A DNA stretch of 63,958 nucleotides, filler included, from Reticulomyxa filosa (GCA_000512085.1; 20 parts of 20 records of this genome joined end to end with filler, not necessarily neighbours in it), one strand, 5' to 3'; numbered from the whole stretch's first letter, positions 13,595-27,086 are shown. Program-made: numbers and translations. The notes: generated by a model not told the origin, from the letters alone.

Positions 13595-16500
13595 TTAGGT
13601 TGTGTCGGGTATATTTTTATTTTCTGTTCCTCCATTATTTTGGCTGATTCCGTATTGATCTTGTGAATCCTCTTGTGACAATCGCTTTTGTTCGTGAGAA
13701 TCTTGGTTTGTATTGGTACGTTCACACAGAGCCTGAATCGTTTGTTGGTCAGTTTCGCTGAATTCGCGCATCTCCATTATACGTTGAATCATCAAGTACT
13801 TTTGAGCAAAGGGGGTGTCAGTCTCAGATTTTGATTCATTTGTTAGTAGTTTCATTTCTGCACAGTATACATTCCAATGACAAAAAGAATAGTGATTAAA
13901 TCTTTTATTGTAATTGATTTTTTTGTAGAAGACAAAGGAAGTAGGGGGAAAGATAGAGAAGGAAAAGATATCTACACTATTTCGACCTGTCAAAATTGGA
14001 TCATCACATTTGATTTCTGGCTCTGTCTTGTTGTCATTTTCAGTTGTTTGTGGTTTGTCAATTCCAACATTCTCGTCCTCTTCGTCAATATCTGCAAACT
14101 CAATCTGATATGATTGAACGTAGTCCAAGCAATTAAGTTTCACCTCGAAATTCGAAACAAATTCGATTGATTTCTTAGCGAATGCACTGTTTGAGACATC
14201 AATGGTTATTACCGTTGTCGTTGACGCTGATGAAGATAGTGAAGGTGGTGGTGGAGGCAGAAGTGGAGGTGGAGGCGGAGGTGGAAGTGATGGTGCATCA
14301 CTGGTTGATTCACGTTTAGGATTTCTGAAAAGTAGGCCAAATAAATTGGAATTGTTGCCAGCAGGTGGTGGCGGGGGAGGCTTTGACAAACTTGGAGGAT
14401 TATACTTATCTCCAGCGGATGCGAATCCAATCTCAATAATAAGTCCAGGCAATGTGCTCACATTTTTTACAAAAGTTTGCACTGTGCGCAGTTGCTGGGG
14501 GAATTGGCGCAGCACACCTTGTTGGAATACTTGCAAGCAATTGAGTAAAGGAGAGAGTGTCAACGTCGAACTTCCAAATACCCTTTTTTTTTTGGTAATA
14601 TTGTTTTACATAGACTTTAATTATGGCATCTTTTTTTAAAATAAAAATTTGTTTTTTAAAAAAAAACGTACCTTGAAATAAACAAACCTCGCAGGAATTG
14701 AATCAAATAATTTGCAGTAAATGTCTTTAAAAAAAAGATAAAGACCGCACCTGGCAGAAATTTCTTGCAGTTGCTCATCCACGTGTCGAGCCGACCATTT
14801 ATTTCCAAAGAACATTTTTGGTCATCCCAATCCGAATTGTCACGAAATTGTGTAGTTTTGTCAAACTTGGTCAAGATAGTCGCTTGCAAGACATGCAACA
14901 ATTGGTCTTCAATTGATAAGAAACGCAGCAACAGTGGTTTTACATTTATTTCATGTTTCAATTTTGTGTCCACTGCCTGACCATTTTATTATGTTGTCAA
15001 AAAATATATATGTACATATAAATATGTATAAACATATGTACGAAAGTCAAAACTTGTAGCGCTTGTTTTTGAATATGTTTAGCAAATTCTCTTGTTTTAC
15101 GACACGTGTTGAAGACAGCACACACATAAACAATGAAATTTTGGACATCAACCACTTTCCATTTAGAATCAAATAATGCAGCCTTTTTTTCGGTCGTCAT
15201 CGAAGTTCCGTTCAAAACGGACAAAAAAGTGGATGAGTGGGTTACCAAGGCCTGTCTTAATGCATCTCCACCGGCATCGTTGACCAGCTTTTCCAAAACG
15301 TTTCCGTACTCACTCAATATTCCAATCAATTTCTTTTCAAAAAAAAAAATTGTTGTAAAAGAGATCCGACGAAGCGGAAGGAGAAGGGAAGAAAAAAAGG
15401 AAGGGAAAAGGAACACACGTATACATTACTGTGACAAGCTCGACGATAGGTCGTCCTCGAGTAATTTCAATAGCTTGCTGCAACAACCGATCGATGGGTT
15501 CATGTATGCCCTCCACTGAATCCAACTGAATCGAAGAAACGTTGGGAGCATTTTGCATAAACTTTGCCAGCGCTTCCTCTTTCATCGCTGCAAATGTTTC
15601 GTTTTCCCACACTTTGGCCAAATTGGTTTGCACATCTTTCACTTCACTGGCCGCACGAGATTGTAAATGCGGTTCAAACACTTGTGTGAGAATGCCAGGA
15701 TCTACAAAGTGGTGAATCAAACATCATCAATAACACATGTATTGTGTGAACCACAAACTTTGTAAATCACCCCCCTTTTTTTCTTCCTCTTCCTTTTTGA
15801 CAAAACATACAAAAAGGAATGGGTATAGTCTCCATCTCTTTGGCTTCCAGTTGCGGTGGAGAGGACGACGGAAGAATGACTCTACGCACAACACAAGGCC
15901 CAGCATCACAAGGACTGGCCACACATGCAAAGAATGGGTCGGACTTGTTTGTTGGCGGTCTTCCAATGTAAATGAAGCACTCTTTGTCCTTTGGGATTTG
16001 GTCACTTGCAATTCCTAATTTCATAAGCGCGGCGATTGACGCTTTGTCGATTGTCCCGACTTTGTAATGTGCCGACATTACCAGCAACAAATCATCTTTT
16101 GTTGATTTCCTACAGTACAAATGTCACAAGTGAAGTGATGGAATATTTGAGACAAAAGGATACTTGGCCGTTTTCTCAACTTTAAAAATTGCAAAAATTG
16201 TTTGGTCGTGTCGACGTTGGTTTGTCGAAAGTAAAAATTTCTTTGCGAGAGAACCTGCTTGGTATGGATGTTAATGCAGACACAGCCAATCCCTTTTCCG
16301 GGTAATCGCTTGTTGTGATTGTCGATTTTGATCCATGAGCTTGGACATCCTTGGCCATCTTTCATCCAACTGCGAACACAAACCTCAAACTTTGAAAGGT
16401 ATTTTTTGCCGTCTTCGATTAGTTGTTCTTCTTCAAACATTTGTGTTTTTTCTTTTGCCGTCATTATCGCAACACTGTGTTCTGGATACTTTGTCAGCTG

Positions 16501-19500
16501 CTCGTCCAACTGTGACTTTGCTGCACATTCACACTTTCATTTTCATTTTCGTTTTTGTTTTGTTTTTGTTTTTGTCTTTGTTTTTGTTTTTGTGTTTGTT
16601 CTTCTTCTCCCTTCCTCTCTGTCTCTTGTAAATCAAATACATATATTCTGTTTAAAAAAAAGCCAAAAACTGATGGAACAAAAAAGTGAGGAAATTTGAA
16701 GAGGAAGCTCCCACCACAATGGAATGAATAATGAGTACTTTTGATCGTACGCTTTCATAATGTGTCGATATTCTGTAAACCTTTGCTATCGTTTATCGAC
16801 AGGACAAAATTGATTTGATAAAAAAAAAAAGAGAGAATCGTACCTCAATGTTGGAAAGCACAGCCTGTGCACTTCCGGCAATAAATACATTGCGAACCTT
16901 TTCTAAACTAAAAAAAAAAAAAAAATACCCATTGAATGTAACTATTTCACAAAAAATGCATATATGCATATATTGTACCAATTGGTCAGCAATATTTGTT
17001 GAAATTTGGGTGTAATGCGACAGTGCCAAACAAGCCCAATGCAATCGCAAAGCAATGTTTTCGGTGATATCTTTTGCGATATAATTCATAATGTCGTTGG
17101 TAATAATCGTCTCTGCTTCTTTGGTCAACAGGTGCTCTGACTCTTTTAATGCCAACACATTGGACGGGCCTATCGTATGTTTGCAAATCGTCTAGTCTTT
17201 CTCTCTTGTGTTAATTGCACAACGCAACAAACAACTTAACAAACAGACGCAGAAGACCATCTCGCAAACAAGGTTTGAATAATGGTGAAGAGGATGTCCA
17301 ATTCCTCATACCATTGAATGGCCTTGAAACTATGATCGAAAGATGACGTCGTTCGGATTTGACTGAAATGTCTTTTCAGCTTGTCCAGATTGCTTTGTAA
17401 CAAGGCACACACAAGATCGTCGTCGGTGTTGGCTTCATTGATTCTTTTTTCCTCCATCGCCGACAGTGACTTTGCGTTGGCAAGGGTACTTTGAGTCGAT
17501 GACGGCTGTCCTTTCAAAATCAACGCCTCGTCCACCAAGGGATTGGTGTTCTTCGGTTCCAACATCCTTGGCCATCTTTCATCCAACATCCTTTGGTCTT
17601 TTTATCCTCCCAGAATTTCAAAAACTTGTGCTTGTAAAGGAACGTGAACGACTCGCACGTCTCAGGCTTGGGATGTATTGTCTTGCATTTGACGCAGTTC
17701 TTCTTTTCGCATTTCGGACAAGTAAACTTTTTTTTTTTGGTACGTTTGACTTTGCCATCGCAATTGTCGTCGTAGTTGAAGCAATAATAAAAGGGGTTTT
17801 TTTCGGTATCGCTGTCGCTGTCACTATCACTATTACTATCACTATCACTATTGCTGTCGCTGTCACTATTACTATCACTGTTGCTATTGCTATTGCTATT
17901 GCTCGAGTCGCTCTTATCAGAATCGCTATCCGAGTTCTTGCCTTTCTTACCTTTTTTCTTCTTCTTCTTCTTCTTCTTCTTGTCCTTCTTTGACTTTTGC
18001 TTGTCACTGTCACTATCATTGGCAATGAGCAACCTGCCTTTGCTTTTGTCTTTGTCATTGGGATTCCACTCCAACAACTTCTTCATCTCGCCCACGACCT
18101 CGCTGTCATTTAGGAACAGCTCGACATCCTCCAGCAAGATGGGGGTCTGACAAGACGCACATGCCGGAATGCGCATGCGAACACTCAAAGAGTTTTTGTC
18201 ATTGTCATTGCCATTGTCTTTATCCTTATCTTTGTCTTTGTCGATATCCTTTCCTTTTTTTGATTTCAATCGACGATATTTGGGTTTGCGAGACTTGGAC
18301 TTCCTATTGGGATCGGAGGAGACAATGTCCTCCTTCATCGTGCGAATCCACTTCTTCACCTCCTTTTTGAAGCAGTCGAGACAATAAGCATGTTGACATT
18401 GTCTCAAGTGGTAAATGTTCCACGCGACAGTTTCAGTTTCCTCGCAGCAGATGCATACATTGGAAGTGGGATCTCCCAATGCAATAAGCAGCTTGTCTTT
18501 GTCTTTATCTCTGTCTTTATCCTTAAAATCCACCGCGTTGGCCATAAACTTGTGTACCATCTGATATCTCCTCTGCAATACTTTTTCTTCCTCGGTCATG
18601 TTCTGCTCCATCAGTTCGATCGTCTTTTGCGTCTCGACCTCGTCTTTTAGATCCACCAGCAGCTTCAGCGCTCTGCTGCGTGAGCGCTCACTCGACACGC
18701 CCAGCACTTCCATGTGCTCGATAAACTTGTCCAAGTCTTTCAACAAGTCCGGCACCGTGTACACGATATCGCGGATATACTCGCCAAACACAAAGTCGTT
18801 CACCTTTTCCCATTCGTCTGTCTGCGTATAGGTTTTGTCCATTTGCAATCCTGGCGTTTTCATTTCTTCTTCTTTTTCTTCTTTTTTTTCTTCTTCTTCT
18901 TCTTCTTCTTCTTTCTTTTCTTCCTCCTTTATTATTGGTTCTAATCTTTGCTCTTTTTTTGGCTCTTCTTTCTTTTCTTCATCTTCCTTTTTTTCTTCTT
19001 CTTCTTCTTCTTCCACCAATACGATATCTTTTGATTGACCTTGGACTTGACCTGGAGTTTGTTTTTGATTCTGACCCTGACCCTGACCCTGACCCTGACC
19101 CTGACCCTGGACTCGATTTCCTCCTTTCGTCTCTGACGACTTTTCTTCCATTGGAAATCGTACCCATTCGTTCTTTACCACCACGATGTTGTCGTCACTT
19201 GTCGACACAAAACAGGTCGCGTCATCATTCCCTACAAATATTCCTCGCAACCACATCTTCTTCGTCTCTTCAAAGTATTCCACTGGGTCGTTACTTGTAA
19301 ACTGCAGGTAGGACACCACCCCGCTTTCTGATATCCCTTGATTCTCCACTTCCTCGCTCACTCCTGCCGTCTGCGTCCCTTGTCTTACTTTCTCCTTCTG
19401 CTGCTTGCGGTCCGTTGAACACATACTGCAATGATTCAACGACAACCCATTGTCCCAGGCGCAAAAATGACACGACCACGTGCCTTCTACCGCATTCATC

Positions 19501-19508
19501 TGGGACAT
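13595..19508 (-). CDS. Large multi-exon protein: RanBP2-type ZnF, Agenet/Tudor-like, SAM-like, RING1-IBR, then a Vps53-like helical region with an ILEI/PANDER-like insertion
   Basis: WSCHFCAWDNGLSLNHCSMC; CICC...CQHAYCLDC...CASC; YCFNYDDNC...CPKC...CVKCKTIH...TC. Spliced downstream exons give LSNIEQRFTEYRHIMKAYDQKYSLFIPLWWELPLQISSLFCSIT and GILTQVFEPHL, resembling Vps53. Joining the two halves needs one extra A in the A5 run at 17599-17603. Confidence 0.7.
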
Positions 19509-20114
19509 TGTATTATGCCCTGGAGAAATTCAAACTTTTTTTTTTTGTTGACGCTTTCCTTTGTCCTTTTCGGTGTCAAAAGTAAGCAACTCATTTGTAA
19601 GAAAAAAGTAATGTGCAAGCTTCAATTATACATTTTCAATCATTTGTATCACATTTCCATTTTGTAAATTCTTTTTGACATACAATTTTTTTTCTCAACT
19701 AATTGAATATTACATTATACGATAATATGACACTTAATTTACAAATATAATATTAGTTTTATTATATAAAAACTATATGTATAATTTGTGATATATGTTT
19801 AAAAAAATTTATTTTTTTTTTGCATATATAATTTGTTGGCAATATTGTATTGTAATTAAGGTTAACTATCAAATAGCTTTTCTTTACAAAGAGTTTGTTA
19901 TTCATCGTGATTTGGCATAGTCGTATATTTACTCGCTTAGATTTAGTTTCAGCAAAGAGAACGACATAGTCCTTGCAATAAAGTAAGTAATATTATCGTT
20001 TTTTTACTAGTGCTATGACAAATGTGTGTAATGTTTTTTTGTTGAAAAAACGTAATGTAGCCCCCCCCCCAAAGAACTGTGGCTAGATAATCACTCCAAT
20101 TCGTCAAAAAAGAA

Positions 20115-20368
20115 ATGCTCGTTCAAAACAGCAGCAGTCATTCAAAAACACTAGATGGAACAGTATCAGGAAATACAGCTTTAATACAACAAAACGTGAT
20201 AGACGATTCTGAGAGGCACAGTGAGGAGGTAGCATTTTACCCAGACAAGATAGCAGAAGAAGTGGCCGAGGAGCTGTCAGATGAGACGAATGAGTTGTTG
20301 GAAGAGAAGAAAGTGGAGGAAGATAAGAAGAATGCAGCAGCATCGGTGGAAATGGGTACAAAAGTGAA

Positions 20369-20410
<42 letters not shown>
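20115..20410 (+). CDS. Hypothetical acidic protein fragment ending in (AAT)n, 3' truncated
   Basis: Open, purine-rich, Glu-rich frame running to the contig end. No recognisable motif. Confidence 0.4.
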
Positions 20411-20549
20411 NNNNNNNNNNNNNNNNNNNNNNNNNNNNNNNNNNNNNNNNNNNNTTAATTAATTAANNNNNNNNNNNNNNNNNNNNNNNNNNNNNNNNNN
20501 NNNNNNNNNNATATATATGGCAATATATAAACAAAAATATAATGCAAGT

Positions 20550-22444
20550 TTCAGCGCGTACTTGTCGTGACGAGTTAAATAAGCAAAGGCTACAAAAGCA
20601 ATAAGTGAAAGACCACTTATAACAAAAAAGCCAATTCCTAAAGCAAAATTGCGACACCCATGGAATTTGTTGTCGAGATCACAAGTGATTTGGTGCCATG
20701 AAATTTGGAGACATCAAAATAATTTCTGATCTGACCTTTTGTATTAAATAAAAAAATGACCAAATTGATGTGTCTTTCTTTGTGTTTCTATCCCTCATAA
20801 ACTCAGCAAAGAAGTAAAAAAAGTGGAGGGAGATGAAAAAGATAGAGGAAATGCAATTTGAACCATGAGTCGATCTCCTTTTTTGAATTTGAGACGATGG
20901 TTGATTCGATAGAGTTTGGTAAATGTCGAACTGGCAGCTGTTCGCATCCAAACAATTAAATCAGAGTCGCCGGTATTCGGTAAGGTGACATGTTGCCAGG
21001 TTTGCAACCGACCTCGGTTGGTGACTCCCTTGACCAAATGGGTAGGCCCAAAGCTATGTCTTTTGTCGGAAGGCCAAGCGATATGGTCATTGTCCCAAGT
21101 TTCTGAATGATACCAAGTTGCATCACTCCAATTGCTTTGCTGTTCATTGCCAATGCATGAGCTTTCAGTATATGGACACAATGATGTCAACGTACCACTT
21201 TTGCCATCAATGTGTGTAACATTGAATTTATCTGGTTTGTTTATGTAGATCATATATCATATATACATGTATGTGCAATTATACATACACGTGTTCATAT
21301 ATAATTATATCTTATGTATAATTTAATATCTTATATATTGTATATAATGTATATCCTCAAAAGATTTCAAATAACCAAAGAGAATATTTCGTCACCATTG
21401 AAAAATGAATATGCGATAAGTCCACACGGCACAAGCCTTGCGTCATTGTATTTTTCTAAGGTTTGACAGGTGCTCACTTGAAACGGATGCTTTCCGGTGA
21501 GTTGTGGATCTGATCGTGATTGCACATACCTTCGATGGTTCTATCATTTTTTTTTTTTGTATGTGTAATACGAAAGAGTTTTTGATTGGGTGACAAAAAA
21601 AAAAAAAACACCAATAATAACTTGATAAAGATTGGTCAATTTGTAATAAAAGTAAATCGGTGTAGCAAAATCAGAGTCGATGGTATAATTAACGGTACAA
21701 ACCTTTCCCCATGATGTGTTACTATTGAACCCTGTCAATTTGCATTCATTTAATTCACTGTACGGTGAAAATTCTTGCTGTGTCATCTTTTTTTTTTAAA
21801 AAAAGGGGGGGTAAAATAAAATTAATTACCCAAAGGGGAAAAAAAAAAAGGTCAAAACAGATTGCTCAAAATAAGTCGTCAATCCTCCGAGTAATACGCA
21901 AATCCAAAATAAATTTCCGAAAACGCACAGTATTTTTGCTCTTGAAAATTTCAATATTTTGGCTTTGCACCGTTGCTGTCTCCAATCGGAATCTAAAAAA
22001 CACGTGTTACAACAACAACAACAAAAAAAAACGTTGAATATTACTCGATTATATGTCCATTCTTGTTTTAATTTTTTATCTTTTATTTATTTATTTTTTT
22101 AAAGCAGTTCTTTTCAAACCTTTGATTTTTATATACTCAGGGCTAGCATCTTGGTGCTGTGCTGTATTAATGCACTTACTCACAGTGACACAAGTGTTGA
22201 TTTCATCTCTACTATTTGGTGACGAAGACATAAATTGTCCTTTTGCTGCAATTGTCCGCAACAGAGGCTCACGACTTACGGAATAGTTTATTGATTTTGT
22301 CAGCGGACTATCCTTTTCCAAGGTCTTGACAGGTTGTTTCTGTTCTTCTGTTTTCAAGTCGGACGACTCTGATTGGTGAAATATTCCTTGTGATTTAGTG
22401 CCCACAGGATCAGATTCTACGCCTAAATATTGATCTGAAGTCAT
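20550..22444 (-). CDS. CDC50: CDC50/LEM3 family P4-ATPase flippase beta subunit, multi-exon
   Basis: WRQQRCKA plus TM1; PIYFYYKLTNLYQ/NHRRYVQSRSDPQL; VPCGLIAYSFFN; IAWPSDK; DLIVWMRTAA..TFTKLY; KSLVISTTNSMG plus TM2, with one probable G-run frameshift near 20658. Confidence 0.93.
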
Positions 22445-22878
22445 GGAGTAAACATGATAAAAATATCTAAATCTTCTCAAAAAAAAAGGACATACTCCTA
22501 CCAGTTGTTTGAACTTCTTTTTCTTCAGGAGAAGCACTATTTTTGGTTATTTTCCCAAAATAATACTCTTTGTGTTTAAACCCGTGTTTTAAACTTTTTT
22601 CTTCCTCAGTTGACAACAGATAGTTTTTGAGTGTTTGAGAAACACGTCATACATACCATTAAAAATTAGAATTGTTGTTCAGCCAAAAAGAACAACTAAC
22701 GAGCTAAATAATTCAAAAGTGATTTTAATTGGTTGAGAACTAAATGATTTATGAACCAGAATTTCTATAAAACTGGTTTTTGCGCCAGTTTAGTTTTAAA
22801 AGGAAAACGCTGAAAAAAGGGGGGTCTTCTAAAAAAAAGTTTGTTTTTTCTTGTGTGAGATTTGACTCGATAATAAGG

Positions 22879-23280
22879 ATGTCTGCAGTGCTGAAATTAG
22901 TGAGACAGTATGCCAATAAAGTCTGTCCAAAGCGTAAGAAAGAAGAATTGGACAAAATGGACCAACAGCTGAGACAGCGTTTGCGAGGATTTGCATTTGG
23001 TTACGCAATCATTTGGGCAGTAGTTCAAGTAATTGGGTTTATTGTGTTGCTGTTTGTATTTGTATTTAGTAAAGATAACGAGTTTATGCAGACAAAAACC
23101 TGCTGTGAAGCCACAACCGTGATTTTTGACGCATATGGAAAGCCACAAGAAGACTGTTCTCAAGAAGCCTGTCGTTTGTATGATTTTACATTTTCAGGGA
23201 GTTATGATTTGATACAAAATCGTCCACGTTATCCATTGGATGGTGACACATCAAAGATATTTGAAATCAATGGCCAGCAG
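22879..23280 (+). CDS. Hypothetical membrane protein, 3' truncated
   Basis: ATG at 22879, hydrophobic segment FAFGYAIIWAVVQVIGFIVLLFVFVF, then a Cys-containing region. Divergent from CDC50. Confidence 0.55.
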
Positions 23281-23422
23281 GTGTTACAAAAGAGAAGGAG
23301 AGAGGGGGGGGGGGGGGGGGGGNNNNNNNNNNNNNNNNNNNNNNNNNNNNNNNNNNNNNNNNNNNNTTAATTAATTAANNNNNNNNNNNNNNNNNNNNNN
23401 NNNNNNNNNNNNNNNNNNNNNN

Positions 23423-24720
23423 ACACATGTAACCGACATTCTCTAATTTCACGAGCTCGCCTTCCGAAAATTGAATGCTCGTTCCAACAAATAACATGTC
23501 TGTTTCCTTCACATCCCAACCATCCCTTTTTGCTGCACTTTCACTTAGCGTTGTCAAAAAAAAACAATGTCATACAAATATAACACAGAATATAACCAAC
23601 CATTTTACTGTAGTGTTGACGAGAGAATTCACCACAGTTAAAAAAAAAGAAAACACGAGGGAGAGATATCCTTTGAAGGATGAAAGCGGTTTACAGAAAG
23701 TGCAAAAGTAAAAAAAAAAGGGGGTTCCCCCTGTCCACATATAATTTGCAAAGCCCAAACAGAGGTCACCCAGTTACACAAAGATTTTTAAAAAGTTTGG
23801 GACTAATCCAGTTGGGATTTAAAAAAAAGAAAGTGTTGAATAAATATGTTTGCGAAGAAAGCAAGAAAGTGGCGAAGTGATGCGAAGATTTGAACAGATC
23901 CATCAGTTTTCCAAAACAGCACAATCAATCAATATGCAACAAAAAATAGAATTTAAAAAAGAAAAATCTTTGTGTGTTGTCCTCTTCTTCCTTCAATGGT
24001 GTAAAGAAGGAACAAGACATAGGTATCACAATCATACAAAAAAAGCCCAAGAGCAGGGTCAATAAACAAAGAAAGAGACAGATGGATTGATAGACCGATG
24101 GACAGAGAGAGAGAGAGAGAGAAAAAAAAAAGAGAGAGCAACAGAAACGACAGCAACATACACAAATGGAAAAAGAAAGAAGAGCTCGTAGATGAGGATT
24201 CTCTCTCTCACTTTTTTTTGTTTCTCCTTTACATGTGGAACACATTATATTCTTATTTCTTTTTTTTACAATGGCAATGACATAATAAGAGGTAGTAAGA
24301 AATGAAATTAGTCAGGCGTGGCCATGACAATCTGTATATCCCATGTGCGACAGGTGCATTTAAGGGCTTTCTCTTTCCAAGCCAAGTCCTTGCGAAGAGT
24401 GAAGCCGGATATGGCTTTTTCTTTGGTTTCCAAGACGCCTTCCTCGTGGTCAAAGGTGCCATGCCAAACCCAGCCGACAGCGCCGGACACGCCTTGCGAG
24501 GACGGCTCCGCCATTTCGTCAAAGTTGTCTTGGTCATTTTCATTTGCGTGAGTCGAGGTCGACGTTTTGGCATTGGCGTGGTCTTGTTGTAATGACCCAC
24601 TTATCGAAGGCGTCGTGCGGTCCAAATGCAGTCGAAAGTCGCTGCGTGTCACTTCCACCGTCCGATCTTGCGTCTTCTCATCCGTGTCGTGATTCGAAGT
24701 TGAATTGGATGTGTTTAGAT
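23423..24720 (-). CDS. Internal fragment of an unidentified multi-exon gene
   Basis: GC-richer exon-like blocks (about 24330-24720 and 23423-23555) are separated by microsatellite-rich intron-like DNA. No family recognised. Confidence 0.3.
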
Positions 24721-24944
24721 TTGTTCTTTGAATAAATGACGCCTAAGTATTATTTTAATGACAATAATAATAATAATAATAACAATAATAAATATATATG
24801 TATATATATATTTATTATTGTTATTATTGTCGCAAATAAAAAAANNNNNNNNNNNNNNNNNNNNNNNNNNNNNNNNNNNNNNNNNNNNTTAATTAATTAA
24901 NNNNNNNNNNNNNNNNNNNNNNNNNNNNNNNNNNNNNNNNNNNN

Positions 24945-24978
<34 letters not shown>

Positions 24979-27086
24979 TAATGGCAAAAAGCAACTTTTG
25001 CCAAATGTTGACAACAAAGGCCCAATGGATCCTTCTTCGAACAAAGACAACAACTATTCGCGAAACCGGGCCAAAACGCATTTGAAGTCTTCCAACAATG
25101 ATAGTCGCGATGACAACGAATCAGCTCCTTCATCGACTGCCGCACACCCCAAAAAGGCTCGTCGACAGCAGATCCCGCCTCCTCCACCACCTCCTCCACC
25201 TCCGCCCGAGGAAGACGAGACGCCTCCTGCCCCGTCCAACAACGAGAGGGGTGCGCGGCGCGAAAAGAGGACGGCACGTCGACACGGTGTCGACGCGTCT
25301 GCGATGAGTGAGCAACACAAGCTACGTGGCGACGTACGGCCAGTATCTACGGCAGACACTGCCAAACCGTCGTCTTCACAAGCACAGCCAATGGCTTCCA
25401 AACATCAAGACGCCAAGTCTGAACGCACTCGTCGAGGACATACTGTCGCTGCCAGTGCTGGGCTAGATGTAGATCGACATGCACATCCACGCACCAGAAC
25501 GCCCACACAAATGGAAAACCTTGCCGAATTTGCGCCTCCTCCATCTTCTGCAGCAACAGCGACAATCACAACAACAACAACAACAGCAGCGACAAAAGTG
25601 TCAAAAGAGAAAGAGTCCGAGACCAGGAATTCGTCCTCGTTTGAACGACACAATCGATCGTACACGACCATTCAACCGGAAAACGCATCGACCTCCTTTT
25701 CTTCCAAATCGAAAACACGCAAAAAAGAAATCAAAAGCGCGTGGGAAAGCAGCATGAGCGAAAACGAAAACGAAAACAGTGAAGAAAAAGCCGAGTTTGA
25801 ACCTGTGACAAGCACGCCTGGGGAAAATGAGGAGGAGAATGGACACAATCGCAACCCAGATGAGGACGACCGGAATGGTAATGACACGCGTGCTTCCAAT
25901 GATTATCATGAGGAAAAAAATCAAAGACAGTCGAACACTGATGCTCAACAACATCACGTTAGGCCAAAAGAACGATCCAAATCACTTCACACTTTCGCTC
26001 GTCAAGATAGTCACGGTAAACGTAGCAGTAATAGTAATAGCAACAGCAACAACACAACTAAAAAAAAAAAGAGAAGCCTTTTCGGAAAATTGTTTGGGTC
26101 CAGCAAAGGTTTGTTTCTTTGTATATCTCTGTTTTTTTTCGTATTACAGTTAAGAAAAAAAAAAAAAAAGTGATTTTGTAAAAAAATTTGTATACGTATT
26201 ATGTTCAGAGAAACATCGAATCGGCCCTTTGACAGAATCAGCAGAAAACAGTGAAGATGAACAACACCACGAACGTGAGGATGAAGCGACTGCTCATTCG
26301 AAGACAGGACATTATAGCAATGGATCGAATGATACTGACAATCATAGTAACAGCAATGGCAATGACAATAATAGTAATAATAACAACAATAATTATGACA
26401 ATGAAGATGAAACAATCTCGGTGAAACAATTCGGTGTTCCAATAAAAATGCTTGCAAAAATTGACATTCCTTATTATGACTCGCCAATTCCATCCGTGCT
26501 GGTCACTTTAGGAACTTGCATTTTTGAGAATCAAGGATATTTAACAGATGGAATATTCCGCAAACAACCGAACCAAACTCAGTTCACTCGTATCAAAGGC
26601 CTCATCGACTCTGGAAAAATGGACAGCATCGAATTCCAGTCAGTTGACCCTCTGATTCCAGCTCAATTGATCAAACAATGGTTTCGAGAATTGCCAACGC
26701 CTTTGTTACACTCCATCACTATTCAAGCGATTGAACAAACTCAAAATGTTGAAAAGTTCGCCAAATTGTTTGAAAATATTCCTGAACCTAACAAATCCAT
26801 TTTCCTTTGGCTTTTGGATTTGTGTGCTGAAATTGCTGCTAACGAGTCGTCCAATCAAATGAATGCACAAGTTATTTCCTCCTTTTTGAAAAAAATTTAT
26901 ATATCTGACTATTTTTAATTAGCCGTATATACATATGTACAGAGTTTGGGGATAAATGTTGGCCCAAATTTATACGATATGCGCATAATTCAAAACCCAA
27001 TGAAAGCCATGACCTTTCAAAGCAAATTTAGTTCTTTCGTCAAAGCTGGTATTGAATGGAGAATGCGTTTGAGAAAAGAAAATTAA
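24945..27086 (+). CDS. RhoGAP-domain protein with a long disordered N-terminus, 5' truncated
   Basis: QFGVP, IPSVL, DGIFRK (arginine finger), LIKQWFRELPTPLL, N.MNAQ/SLGINVGPNL. Intron 26109-26208 splices in frame. TAA at 27084-27086. Confidence 0.95.

Noticed and set aside
16372-16385. Possible 14-nt GT-AG micro-intron (gtttgtgttcgcag, minus strand)
   Set aside because: The unspliced frame is open and gives the ILEI-like sequence; splicing leads to a stop within about 33 codons.
17466-19300. Long antisense and alternative-frame ORFs over low-complexity coding DNA (also 2029-2729 and 25054-25957)
   Set aside because: These are shadows of trinucleotide and hexanucleotide repeats in the real genes and carry no independent motifs.
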